The notes under the pieces: generated by a model
Databases searched by the model: none
What the model was told of the DNA's origin: nothing
Seen by the model: the letters and a program-made list of their open reading frames with translations, nothing else
In this document: positions 22,075 to 34,954 of the stretch, piece after piece
How positions within the stretch are numbered: the stretch's first letter is position 1
How the letters are laid out: every line of letters begins with the position of its first letter
Made by a program: the position numbers and the translations under genes
From: Rhizodiscina lignyota
Taxonomy: Eukaryota
Assembly (NCBI GenBank): GCA_010015805.1
Contig: ML978127.1
Location: 558,001-622,000, forward strand
Length of the DNA: 64,000 nucleotides
Reading direction: 5' to 3'

Positions 22075-23391
22075 GGTGGAAGGCTCGAGGGCGGATATCT
22101 GGAGGGTGACTTGAGAGATTTCAGAGTTATCGGCTTAATTGAAAGTAACGAAGAGAGTAGGATTTGAGGTACTGAGGTATTTGGAAGCTAAAGAGGTTTG
22201 GAGATCACGAGAAATTATTTCGGAGGGTCGCTGGCAATAACGTCACACTGCCGCCAACCCAAGAGCTTCGTGAAGGGTCTCTCACGCTTCTGCCGGGTAC
22301 CAGCGGCTTCCAACGCAACGCTTACCACTGACCAATGATTCTTGACAGCGAGAGCATTCAGTGCTACCCCATCATTCTGGCACGATGGCACGACACAGCT
22401 ACCTTTCTTCGGAGGCTCGAAGCCGAGCAGCTGACACCTTAACGCGGGGACTCGAGCTTCCACAGCTCGGCGGCCAAGCTTCTAAGGGTCCCCGAAGCTC
22501 TCCACGGAATTGAGATCTGATTTGGTGGGTCAGACTAACCTCCCTCTGCGCCTCGCCGTACAAAGGCCATCCCTTCGAGGTGTCGTCGAGGGCATAAAAT
22601 TAACTCGGCGTTCATAGGGGCACTGCTTACCCTGGCAATTAACCCGGCGTGCAACGCCCGTATTCGGAGAGCGCTTGAGACGAGACGGTGCCATATCGAT
22701 GCTACTGTTTGAGCGGGGATGGTAAGTATCTGATAATCGATATCAAAGTCAAGAGGCAGAAGTACCACCGGGCAAATACATACATGATACATAGCTATCT
22801 TTACGAGGCGCCAGAAGGGGACGCTACTATCGGGAGCGGCAAGGTTTCCTAGGGTCGATTACCACGCGCCGCCCTGCTCGATGTAACGTTTCCAACGAAA
22901 CGTCCAATCAGCAGTCTGTTTGCTAACGGGGAAATCTGACCCTTGTACGCGAAGTGGCCTGTGGGTTGAAGACATTTTGCATGCGGTTCATCGATAAGCT
23001 CTATGATTTTGCTCCTTTACTGGATGTCTTGAACGTCGCACGCGGCGTAGCATTGTGCCATCTTCACTCACCCTACGTGTACGGTTATCAGGCCCCATCT
23101 TTTCTGCTCTTTGATTGCGACTCTTCTGCAGCTCGTCGGTAGCCTGCAGCACGCGACAGCCTCAAGAGCTGGTCCTTGCTTGTGCGGAGGTGTGGCTATC
23201 CAAACCTTCGGGATCCTCCAACGTTGAAATAGTTAAAGCTGCCCACTGCAACTCTACGACGTCCTCTGAAGACCTTCCACCCGTGCACGATCGGTTTGCA
23301 GTTTTGGATCTGCGATCTGCGTTGTCATTGAGTATTGTGCTGTTCGGTTAAACGTTTCACGACACAGCCAAACTTTTTCTTACTCGCCACC

Positions 23392-25294
23392 ATGGCGGAG
23401 AAGTCTGGCCCTGCACCAGAGGTTGAGCCTCACTTGGACGAGTCTCAAACACTCGGACAGGAAGAATCTGGAGATGCTGTAAGACCGAGGAGATGGATAT
23501 ATCGGCCACTGAAGATTGGGCCTCTGAGGATACCCTACTATGCTAGCCCTCAGGTCCGCACCCTCCAAACTCCCATAACGCTCTGAACTGACAAGCCTTC
23601 AGGTGCAAATTGTGATCCTGGCCTTTATTGTATGTCTTTTCCACTTTTTTTCAGCCAAAGATGCGTTTTTGAGCTGTCCAGACATTGTCACTGGCATCGC
23701 CAGTCTCGATTCTATGAAGAGCTAGGAGGCTTACTCAAATGTAGTGCTTTATGTGCCCGGGCATGTTCAACGCCGTCAATGGCATGGGAGGTGGAGGTTT
23801 GCTAGGTAAAGACATCTGCGCCCCAAAAGTTCGCCAACCAGGACTAACATCCTTGCTTGAAGACCACAAAGTCTCCACAGACGCGAACGTCGGTGTTTAT
23901 TCAACATTTGCCGTGATCGGGTTCTTCGCAGGAACGTTCACGAACAGGCTCGGTATTAAGGTTTGTTCATGGCCATATATGGTGAATTGGGATTCTGGGT
24001 TAAAGTCCTAATGTTTCACAGACCGCACTTTGCTTTGGCGGTATCGGCTACAGCGTCTACATCTCCTCGTACCTCTGCTACAAGCACACCCAGAATTACG
24101 GCTACTCCGTCTTTTCTGGTGTCCTCCTGGGTGTCTGCGCGGGCCTGCTATGGTGCGGACAGGGAGCCATCATGATGTCGTACCCGAACGAGAGCTCGAA
24201 GGGCAAATACATTGCTTGGTTCTGGATGATCTTCAACCTGGGCGCCGTCGTCGGCGGCTTGATTGACCTTGGCCAGAACATTCATGTGACGACTAAGCAG
24301 ACTGTCAGCGACGGCACTTACATCGCATTTATGGTTTTGTCGGTCATTGGAGCTTTGCTCTCACTCACACTCGTTAATGCCAAGGACGTTATCCGCGAGG
24401 ATGGATCCAAGGTTATCCTGATGAAGAATCCGACGTGGCAGACCGAACTCTGGGGTCTCGTCGAGACCTTCAAGACCGATCCATACATCGTGTTCTTGTT
24501 CCCAATGTTCTTCGCTTCAAACTGGTTCTATACGTATCACTTCAACGACTACAACGGCGCCATCTTCAACACCCGCACTACGGCACTCAACAATGTGCTG
24601 TACTATCTCATGCAAATTGTCGCAGCCTTCATTTTCGGTTATATCCTCGATCTCGAGAACATCCGCCGAACCACTCGTGCGAGGGGTGTGTGGGTGGTGC
24701 TCTTCGTTCTGACTATGGCGATTTGGGGAGGTGGATATTCGTTCCAGAGAACCTACAACCGAAACCAAGTCAACCAGGTCGTCGCAAACCCGGATGATCC
24801 ACTGGCTAAAACACTGATTTACGATTGGAGTGAGAGCAGATACATTGGACCAATGTTCTTGTACATGTTCTATGGCTTCTATGACGCTGCGTGGCAGACC
24901 TCGGTCTACTGGTGAGTGTAATCTTCTTTGAGGTCAAGATGTACAATTACTCATAGAGTCTAGGTTGATGGGCGCTCTCACCAACAACGGCCGCAAACTC
25001 GCCAACTTTGCAGGTTTTTACAAGGGCATCCAATCTGCTGGCGCAGCTATCATCTGGCGTCTCGATGGCATCGGTATCCCGTACTGGAACGTCTTCGGCT
25101 CCACCTGGGGTCTGCTCGGCGGCTCACTGCTAATCGCGCTCCCTGTCATCCTTATGAAAGTCCGCGATCACGTGCCGCTTGAAGACGATCTCAAGTTCTC
25201 CGATGAGACCTTTGACGACGTCGCAGCGAAGCAAGATAGGAAGCTTGAGAACCCGAGTGTCGATTTGGGCAATCCCGAAGTGGAGAAGGAGTAA
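23392..25294 (+). CDS. NGT1: MFS transporter of the DUF895/UNC-93-like family; probable GlcNAc transporter
   Basis: YASPQ/VQIV...CFMCPGMFNAVNGMGGGG, GAIMMSYP, FNLGAVVGG, PMFFASNWFYTY and GFYKGIQSAGAA, with many TM segments. Candida NGT1 and rice NOPE1 belong to this family, and the gene lies inside the GlcNAc cluster. Confidence 0.8.
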
Positions 25295-28228
25295 GAAGCT
25301 GATGGGGGATGTGTGAGCTTTTCTGGGATGATGATTTTCAATTGCAAAGTGCACTTGGGAATGGAATTTCTTTTTTTTTGGATACCGTCGTAACCGCAAT
25401 ACCAGATCGGCTTTGGCATTGTAAAGCGAGGATGGCGCCTTTACTTTTGCTCATACTCTGATAACACTTGCTCAAGAAGCTAATGAACACCCACCTTCCA
25501 AGAAAGACATGGCGCACCTCATGTTGCATATGTTCTATTTCTCAAAGGCTAACGTGAACAACAAGGATACAGTAAATGATAATCCAGCGTCAGAATTATC
25601 GCACGACAATTACGACACCCCTCAGAGCCCCATACACGCCATGCAAACAGCGACGAAGACGCAATGGTAGACACATCGGCGGCTGCGCTGGTGGTGATTG
25701 CGCTGAACAGCCTGGGCCGAACCAAATGCCGACCGCCCATTGATGGCACAGTAGCATTGCCCCGACCTAGGAGCCGCTTCAAGGATACAAGAATGTGTAT
25801 ATCACATGAAGGTTGGCTCCCAGGCAGGTTCGCGGGAATATGTGCAAGTTGACTAGAGTGTTGAGGGGCAACGATTGAGATCTCAAGGCATCTTGGGCAC
25901 AGACAGTGGGGAAAACGATCAACACAGTTTCATGAGAGACCTCATCCATGTTTGGAGCCGCAATGTCCTTACAGAATGGTACGGTCGTCACCGCTGGGTG
26001 AAACCCGGATACTATGGTACCGCCTCGGACTACAGGAAGATTGAATTTCTTCCTTCAAGCCGCGAATACAACGCTTAAAGGAGGCTAGGCCTTCGATAAC
26101 GACGCCGTAGTTAAAAGACCAATTCTAGACATACAGTAATCAGAACTACCAAACGCAATGCTTTGCTCTGCGTAGAGAATATGCGTTCCTCGGATGTAGA
26201 GGATGGTGCAGACGCCAAGAGTGGATCACTCTCTTCCTAGTGCCCGAGCAGGCCGACATGTAAACCGTTTAATAAACGTCTGGTGAGGTTGAGACAAGGT
26301 CCGATAGTGCGATGCACCGGCTGACTCGCCCGCTTACACGAATGCAATGATCGAGTCACCATGTACCGCCATCATAACTTAAGCTCGACCAGGCCGGAGC
26401 GTCGCGGGTCGCTCACAAGTGGTCATGAGGAAGTGGAAGGCACGAAGTGCATCAAATGCAGAAAACAGGTTTGGTAACGAGAATGGAAGCTGACATTGAC
26501 GACTTTTGGCGCAACCGCAGCGGTGTAACCACATCTAGACTGAAGTCTACCCCGCAAGCGACTCGAAGCGACTCAAAACATGATCGTGAGTGGGTGGCAG
26601 TCTATTTGTGGCTGCCTCGCGACTCAACTGGGAAATGCTACTGTGTCGTGAGAGCCGCCGCCAGCGGCACGCCGAGAAGCAAATACGGGACAGGAGTAAC
26701 CGTAGCACCATAGAAATGAACAATGTGGGACTGTGTGGATGAAGCAATAGTCCGAAGAATAATGATACCTCCTCGATTTGCACCGAGATGTGCAGGATTT
26801 CTGGATATACGTGAAGCTTCATGTAGAGTAAGCGCCGGATAATTGGAAAGTGCACTTGCAACTGAGGGCCGAACGGCGGATTCAGCCACAGATTGACGCT
26901 GCAAAACAAGCTGATATCGCGGCTCCGCACAGAGAGTCTCGGTCTCACCGCGAGGGATACAAAGCTACATGGCAGGTGACTTGCAGCGGCAAATTGGAAT
27001 TGGAAGCTCAACGTCGTCCGGTCTCAGGCATCGCAGTCAGACTGCAATGGAGCTGATCCTGCTTAGAAGAGTTGTCTTCACGTTACACTGGCGTCAAAGT
27101 GTGCGTGTCCTCATGCTGTGCAATCCACTCGAGGAACAGGTTGCGGATCGACGTGCCGCCTCCAACATTCGCGCTGTCTGGCGTCGAGCTCTCCACACCG
27201 TTGCATGTGGCTGTCCGGCGCCTTTACGAGGCGTGAACGCAGAGCGGGCAACGGGCCGCGGGCCACAGGCCACACGTGGGCTTCGAGAGAGCGGGCGGGC
27301 AGTAGTCCTACTTATGTGCCTAGCTGGGTCATGGCGAGACGCTCCGCATGCGGTGGAGCAGCGGTATGAAGCTGGCTGAAGACGCAGTCGAATGGAGCGT
27401 CGTGAATTTGAGGCAGCCGGCAGCCGCTTGGCCTGCTTCCAGTTAGAGCAGTTGATATGCAAAGGCAGAGGCAGGCGATCACCGGAATCATGCCAAATGG
27501 GCGAGTGGCCTAGCTGATCGAAAGGGAGCATAGCGTTGTAGCTTGGAGTTACATACGCACCCTCACGCAGCCCTGCGGCCCTGAGCCCAACAGGAGGGGT
27601 GTCGAGGGGTGGAAATAGCGCGGGCAACACGTTCGATCCTGCGAGCACGCGGCTTGCTCGTCCAGAGCGCCATCGGCCCCTGCGCGCTCGTTATATGGAG
27701 CCCAAATCTGCGTAAGATAATCCCGGTATTGTGCATCCAAACCTCACCACAACCACCACCACCGACCCACCAACATTACAGCCGCCTACCCCCGCTGCTG
27801 GATGCGGATGAAACGTTCCTTTCTCCAGCCTCCAGCTCGTCTGGCTTTGGGCTAGCATTTGATATTGCTCGCCCCCGTGTTGCAGCCATGCAGAATAGCG
27901 AAATCGGACGAATCCTTGGGCTATTGCTACCAGCTTCGCCGTATTCCGCCCTGACCTACCTTGCGGTGCACATTCGTTACAGGGCCATCCGCCTCCATTG
28001 CTAACGCCTGCCGCTGTACCTCGATCTGAGACCACGTTACACACCCTTGGGCCGACTCCTGAAACCCGTGGCCATATACATCGACACCCAGTTCGTCCAC
28101 GCGACCTCTTTCAGATCTTCGATATCCATATCAGCTTCAGATATACTTGGTTTCAACCTCTGCGACTTGAAACTTGAATCACGCCGGCCGCTCCACCAAA
28201 CCCCCGACCCCTCCCGCCGTCAGTCTAC

Positions 28229-29967
28229 ATGTTGGACTTCTGGCAGGGCTTCCTCGCGGCATTGGGATCGCTCATCATGCTACCCTCTGTCGCGAAGACA
28301 ATTCTCCCTTCCATACCTTCCGCGAAGAAGCTCTACAATGTAGTCATCACAAGCGACCGGACGATGGACGAATTCCTGGCGGAGGTCAAACGGACGTTCG
28401 AAGCCCCGCTTCAACTTTCAGCGCTGCTCGACATCTCGGCGAAGCTAAAGGCGCAGTACAAACAGAGACTCTTGGAGAGCGATGCACCATGCATGCTACC
28501 TTCCTATAATCATACATTACCGACAGGTGAAGAGCGGGGAACATATTTGGCGCTGGACGTGGGTGGTTCAACATTTCGCGTTGCGCTGGTGGAGCTGAAA
28601 GGGAAGGATCTGGGCGAGAAGGGCATGGAGATTGTGAAGATGGTTTCATACAAGATAGACAACTCGATCACGGCGTTAAAAGGAAGACTATTCTTTGATT
28701 GGATGGCGGAGAAGATAGAGCAAACGTTGGCGGAGCCGGAAGTACAATCACATCGCGGTTCGAAGGTACTACCTATGGGATTAGCTTGGTCCTTTCCGGT
28801 TGAGTATGTATGCGCCAGAAGAGAGTTATGGCGGCCGCAATACTAACAAAAGCATAGGCAAACGTCCCCTCGAAGCGGCAAATTAAAGAGGATGGGAAAG
28901 GGTTTTGGAGCAGATCACGGGTGTGTGGACATCGACCTATGCGAGCTGATCATGGATTCATGTCGAAAGCGGGTTAGTATCCGCCTTTCAACTTATACGA
29001 ATGGCTTACTAACAAACGTAGAACTTGCAAGTGACTCTCGACGCAATCGTCAATGACGGTACTGCAACGTTACTCTCGCGAGCATATCGCGATCCAGCAA
29101 CCCGACTAGCGCTCATTCTGGGTACCGGAACTAACGCTGCGATACACCTGCCTGTGACTGCTTTGTCACAGGAGAAATTTGGACAACGACCCCAGAGCTG
29201 GCATGACGAAGCGACGCACGTACTTGTGAACACGGAAATGAGTATGTTTGGAAAGGGCATCCACAAGGTATCCAAATGGGACGATGACCTGAATGAGCAT
29301 CATCAAAAAAAGGATTACCAGCCGTTTGAACATCTTATTTCTGGCAGATACCTGGGTGAAATCGTACGCCTCATCGTTGTGGAAGCGGTCGCGGACGCTG
29401 GTCTCTTCGAAGGCAGGTTACCGGATGGCATGGACATTCCATACAACTTCTATACTGATCTGATGGCACAACTGGAAGCGTGAGTCACTCCACCTTTATG
29501 CGACATTTCATTCTGATACTAACTCTGAAACCGACAGTGATGAGACTCCAAGTCTTTCTAAATCAATGTATGCCCTTCAGAAAGCTCACCCCTTACCAGC
29601 TTCACATCCTTACACGAGAACGGATGTCGTCTATCTTCGGCAAATTTGCCAGCTGGTCTCTCAACGTGCTGCCGCCTACCTCGCCTCAGGAGTTCATGCG
29701 CTCTGGAGTTTACGACTGGACGAAGAAGGACTCTCGCCAGATGCAGAAGACCACGTGACGATTGGGTGCAATGGTTCTGTCATTGAAAAGTATCCAGGCT
29801 TCCGGGAACGAGCTCAAGCGTACCTGGACGAACTTTGCGTGAGAAGTGGGGGCAGGAGAGGCGGCATCGTACTCGAGATTGCGATCGAAAGCGCAATCTA
29901 CGGCGCTGCTGTTGCAGTATGTGCGCTAGAAGGGCAAGACGCGGGAGTTGATGGGAAGGTGGGTTGA
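28229..29967 (+). CDS. HXK3: Hexokinase-family GlcNAc kinase, 4 exons
   Basis: LALDVGGSTFRV, MGLAWSFPVEQ, MGKGF, IVNDGTATL, LILGTGTNA, NTEMS, ISGRYLGE and NGSVIEKYP; introns 28804-28857, 28973-29021 and ~29480-29537; cluster context. Confidence 0.88.
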
Positions 29968-32152
29968 CGTGGGCATGGCGTGCGACGACTACGACATTAC
30001 ACCGCATTTTTGGGCGTTTGAGCTGGAGAACTAAAGCAGGCGGCATTTGTCCAGGCTTCTCCGATAGAAGTGATATGGGGATTTTGGGGCGTACAACATC
30101 CGCACTTGCATACTGTAGCACGGGTGGGTAATCTCATGACCATGTTGGATTGAAACGGAGCGGATTGGATTTGAGAGCATGTTGGCCTCTCGCAAGAGAG
30201 AGCGACTGGAAGTACCTGTACAGCTACGTGGAAGACAAAAATCTGACCTGCCGATGGGGTGGGCATAATGACTGGCATATAGCGCTCGCGGGACATGGGA
30301 TGATCGACGACGTTACATCGCAGGCTTCAAGAAAAAGTCACCGAGTACTTTTCTCGATTTAGATGTGGCACTGCCGGGCGTTTCCAAGCATCTGCAAAAC
30401 GATTAGCAAAAGCATTTCGATTGCACCTGTAATGATCGACAGGTCGTAATCGCAAGAGATGCTGTGGGCAGACTAGTGCTAGTATTAAAACCTCTGCCAA
30501 TATTGAGTGTTAGACCGCCTCACCGGTGACATCCATCCACGTCAATGTAGGAATCTGCCGGAACAGCGTCTTTTAAGTAAAGGATGAGGCCATCGTTTGT
30601 GAATGCAGCGTCTCCACGAATCGGAAGCTGCGTGGGCAACGTTTGCCCTTTGAGTCTTTGACGACCTTCCTAGACCGAGAACGGAAGCAAGGGGGAGTTG
30701 AAACGCCAGAAGGATAGCAATGGAACAGGACAAGCATATATGCATTAGCCTGATTTTTACACGCATTATACCCGGCGGTGAAATGTAAAGAGACTTTGAA
30801 GGAAATGCCAGCCCTAGCAAGGCTAACACACTAGCTGGATTCAAACACGTAGGAGACGCCGTATACAGATTCTTGAACCATATTCTCAACGTCCTAACAC
30901 GTCCTGAATCTATTTGGAAGTCATTATATAGAGATATTTCAGACAAACGCTTTCAGCAGGCGGTGGCCATTTGTGCTTCCAAATTGTATATTGTGGCTGA
31001 GGCATTCAGGGGCCAACAGCCACACGGCTACGGACAGTCCACCTGCAGTTTCAGAGGACTCATTCACCACTCTTTTTCTTCTGAGCCTACTCCAGATCAC
31101 ATTAAACTTACTAGTACTAACGTTCGATTTCCAAGTCTCTTGACCATAGCAAAATAAAGTCCGGTACGTTACGAAACTTGCTGGCCCAAGAGCTTCTTCC
31201 GCTAACGCAATGCAGTTCAAGAATGAGATCATACCAACATTTGGCGAAACATCAGCGTCCATCACGGAAAGCGGCGCATCGAAGTGGCTAGTATATCTTG
31301 ACTATCTCAAAGAGCTATCTGGAAGGACTGAAGATTCGGAATGGCGATAGAGGAGACTGAGAGTATAATGGATTTGCCTACCACTCAATGGACGACTCCT
31401 GCCTCTTCGTCCTCTGTCTCACAGAGATAACACCGGGATTCACGGAATTGACCAACTCAACACCGAGGCTTCAGGATTTTAAAGCCATAACCGAGTCACT
31501 CGATGCACAAAATCTCGGGAATGGCGAGCAAGAGTAATGGCAGTCAGTTCATCGAAGGGATGGGTTGCGATGGAGGAACCGGAGTCTCACCAAACAGCCC
31601 ACACAAACTGGGAAGCCGCAAGTGGCGATGCTCACGGTCACGGGATTCGCAGGATCCTCAGTTCGGCCCCCAACAAATGAGAGAGTCATTGACTGTGCAT
31701 CGCATTCAATTTTCAAAATCAGGCCTGTCCTCAAGAAACATTTGATCGCTACGGAGATATGTACAGCGGTAAGCGGAGGCAGCTTTGCAAACACCATACA
31801 CCAAACTTGGCAGCTCAAGGGCATTTGCGAGCGCCAGAGGTATCATAGGCCAACCACCGAATCCCAGAAGAACGATCAAGCCAACAAGATCGTTCGCGGA
31901 ATAGCCAAGGAGACCAACCTGCCCAGAGAACTGACAGGAGATTCGTCGCTTCATACCCAGGAAAACGTAAAAGATCAGAGCCAGCTGGCAGATATGCCGG
32001 CCTATACGTATGTTCGTCGCCTGCACCCAGAGGCGCCTCATTTCCAGTCAAATCGTATCTCATCTCCGCTTCCAAGTCATAGACGAGATGCGCCCTGACT
32101 ACTTACATATCCACCCCGTACACCTCTCCTCCCCTTCTCCATTCAATAGTTG

Positions 32153-33943
32153 TCACGCAGGCTGATCCTCGCTAAAATACCTCTTACTCCGGCCCTTGAC
32201 TCTGTCGCTTTTAATGTCTCCTGGTACATTCATGTGATGTACCACATGCGGTCTGTAGACAGCGTCGACCGGGGGCATCCAGTCGTTCAGACTCAGCGGG
32301 AAGTACTCGTACAGCAGCTCCGCGCTCTCATCCGGGCTCGACATCAACCCTATAGAAAAGCTTGGTGGTCTCGGCATGGGCTGTACAGTCTTCTTGCCCT
32401 TGTGCGAGTCGGATGGAGACGCTGATGCCTTCTTTGCGGGCTCATCATCCGTCAGTGACAGGTTAATTGGGGCAGCAGGTGTGGAGCGAGGCGGCGGAAC
32501 ACGCGTGAGGTCGGGGCTGGATTGTGCATAACCCCCTCCTGGGCCAGCTCCTTGAGGCGAGATGACGGCATAGTCGTTCGGCAAGGCAGTCAGAGCACCA
32601 GTGTGATTGGCGCCACCAGGAATTTTCCATTCAAAAAAGTCGGGCGAAACCTGAATGTCTGAGGCATCGTATGGAAAAGCATGAGGCGGCATTTCCAGTG
32701 GGGCTGAATTTGGCTCCTGCTTCGGCATGCTGCCTACTGCGGAGCCCGCATTGGAGTTGCGTGATGGTTGGGCGGCCTGGTGGTTGTTGTTGGCATGATT
32801 GTTATTGCGATTGCGTACGCTGCCACCGGATTGCGAGATTGCAATGTCCTTGCGCGACTGGAAGTTGCGAGGAGACCGCCCGCGCACGATGATGGCGCCA
32901 GAGGTCACCTCGCAGACTGACACTTTTGCGCCGTTGGCGAGCGTGGCCATGAGTTTGAGATGAATGATGAAGTGCTGCTGCAATTCTTTTCGCCGGCCGT
33001 TGTTAGCCGTTGCGATACGGAATTGCAGACGCTTCCATGAAATGGGAAATGTAACAAAGGCCTCATCTACTTCCTGTCCATTCATGAGATCCAATGGGAT
33101 GGACGGAGGCTCCTTCTCCGTCTTGTCTTCCACTGCTGGCGCACCTGCAGCAGGAGTCTTCCAGGGAACAGAGATGATCTTAACCGAGTTTCCTTCCACC
33201 GACTCAGTGGCAGATATAGTAAGTTCTTGACTTAAGATTGGGATCTGTTCGTTCTGTTCCGTCACTATATAACGAAGACCACGAGGGAGCATTAGGGTTC
33301 CTGAGATTTGGAAGAGGTTGCGGCGGTAGCACGTCAACTCTGTCGGCTGATTCGCCGCATCTGATCCCGCCCAGGGGGACTCGGCCAGGAAGAACATGCC
33401 ATGAAGCTGCGCGGTTAGGGACAACGTTGTTCTCCGATAAGCATCTGTATCACATGCAACGATCAGCAGAGTTCGCCATAGCAGTTCTCTTGGTCTTTAT
33501 CTCAGAAATTCCATAGTTATCGCTGGTCACATCGAGTGATTTGCCCCACAATTTTCCGATAAGGGTAGAGAGTGTCACTTACAGTCCAGTATGTGGAAAG
33601 AGTAATTAGGCATGCTGAAGCTCAGAAGCTTGTGTCCGCGCTCTACGGATGGGCCCTCCATACCATTCTGATCGGGAGGCATGTGCTGATCATACTGGCT
33701 AAGGACATCGGAGAAAGGATCATCGTAGGTAGAGGGGAAACGGCGCAGTTGTGGAGGCATCTGACCGCCCATGCCATGCTGAGAGAACATGTCCTCACTG
33801 CCAGCAAACGTCTCTTGGTCAAAGTTCGAGGTGTGGTCTAGAGGTTCGAGGGGAAGCAGCCCGGTGTCCAGCGGAGCAACATTCGGCTGCTGGAGCGGGG
33901 GAGCTTGATAGCTCATGGTCAGGATATCGAAATTTCCATCCAT
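32153..33943 (-). CDS. RON1: Ndt80/PhoG-like transcription factor (RON1/XprG/VIB-1 type), 2 exons
   Basis: AQLHGMFFLAES, LTCYRRNLFQI, WKRLQFRIATANNGRRKELQQHF, IIVRGRSPRNF and C-terminal YEYFPLSLNDWMPPVDAVYRPH; ccaccATGg start. Confidence 0.88.
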
Positions 33944-34954
33944 GGTGGGCAGAGGTGTCAACGCGCCGCTTGAGAAGGCAATCCGTTCGGTTGCGACGTC
34001 AAGGGCGCCTCGTATTAGCGACGACTACTTCGCCGTGTATATGCGACGGCCGTGCCGTGATGGTGATGGTGGTGAATAGCGGATGTGCGCCTCGGACTGG
34101 TGTGGTCGGAGGAGGAGGGAGGACATGAGAAGCGCACGAGGGATAGGCGCGGCGCTCGTGGCGAGAGTTCAGCGGCGGCGCTGGGTCTGGAGAGGTGCTC
34201 GATTGCTTCGTGTGGTCGCGCTGTGCAACCTGTTTCTGCAGGTGGCCCGGAGAGGTAGGGTGATCGAGGTCAGCGTCTCGTGCGCCTTTTCGGAGATGAG
34301 GCAGTGTTGGAGCGGACGAGCGGTCTGCGCAACGAGCGGCCCACAGTCGGGCAGAGGCATTAAATAGGACAACAGAGGCAGCGCACTGAGCAGAGCGGAA
34401 GGAACGAGGTTGGAGGGAGTGGGCGTCCGTGGCGTCTCAAAGCAGTAGGCTTCTGGAAGAAAGGAAGACTTGGCGGCTCTCTGCCACTAGGCGCTGCTAG
34501 ACGCTTTCGACCTCGTGTGCCGCGCACGGGCCTTTGGGAGGACTTTGATCATGTACACCCCACCACCGCATTTGCTCCGTCGGAAGAGCGTCGCTCCATC
34601 TGCGCGCTCCTGTCGCCGCTGATGTCGCATTCAGGGCGGTCCTCTGTGCGGAAAAAAATGTTGCGATCATGCTTAACACATCCAATTCATCGTACATAGT
34701 CAATCTACACTGTCCGACAAGAATGGCGGCGCGCTCGCCCGCCCGCGACGAACAGGCAGTACCCAGATAAGTCTGACAGCGCCGTCCATGGACCCCGGAC
34801 ACCGCTATGGAGAAAGGCCCGGGATAACGTGCAAACAAGCAAATGAGAAGAGACGAAGCGCCGCAAGCCTGCCAAGAACGCCGGCCAATGACGCAGTTTG
34901 ACCGCCGTAACTCCATTATGTGGTGTGTCCGCCGCGGCCCCCAAAACAGACGAC

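Noticed and set aside
26603..26612. Ndt80 MSE-like GCCACAAAT on the minus strand upstream of HXK3
   Set aside because: Single instance 1.6 kb from the ATG. I saw no matching sites in the other cluster promoters, and roughly one such match is expected by chance in this much intergenic DNA.
25550..28000. Many short ORFs in the 2.9-kb NGT1-HXK3 gap, including a 38-codon ATG ORF at 27888-28004
   Set aside because: I could not build a gene model or recognise a family. The TSS is unknown, so a uORF cannot be supported.
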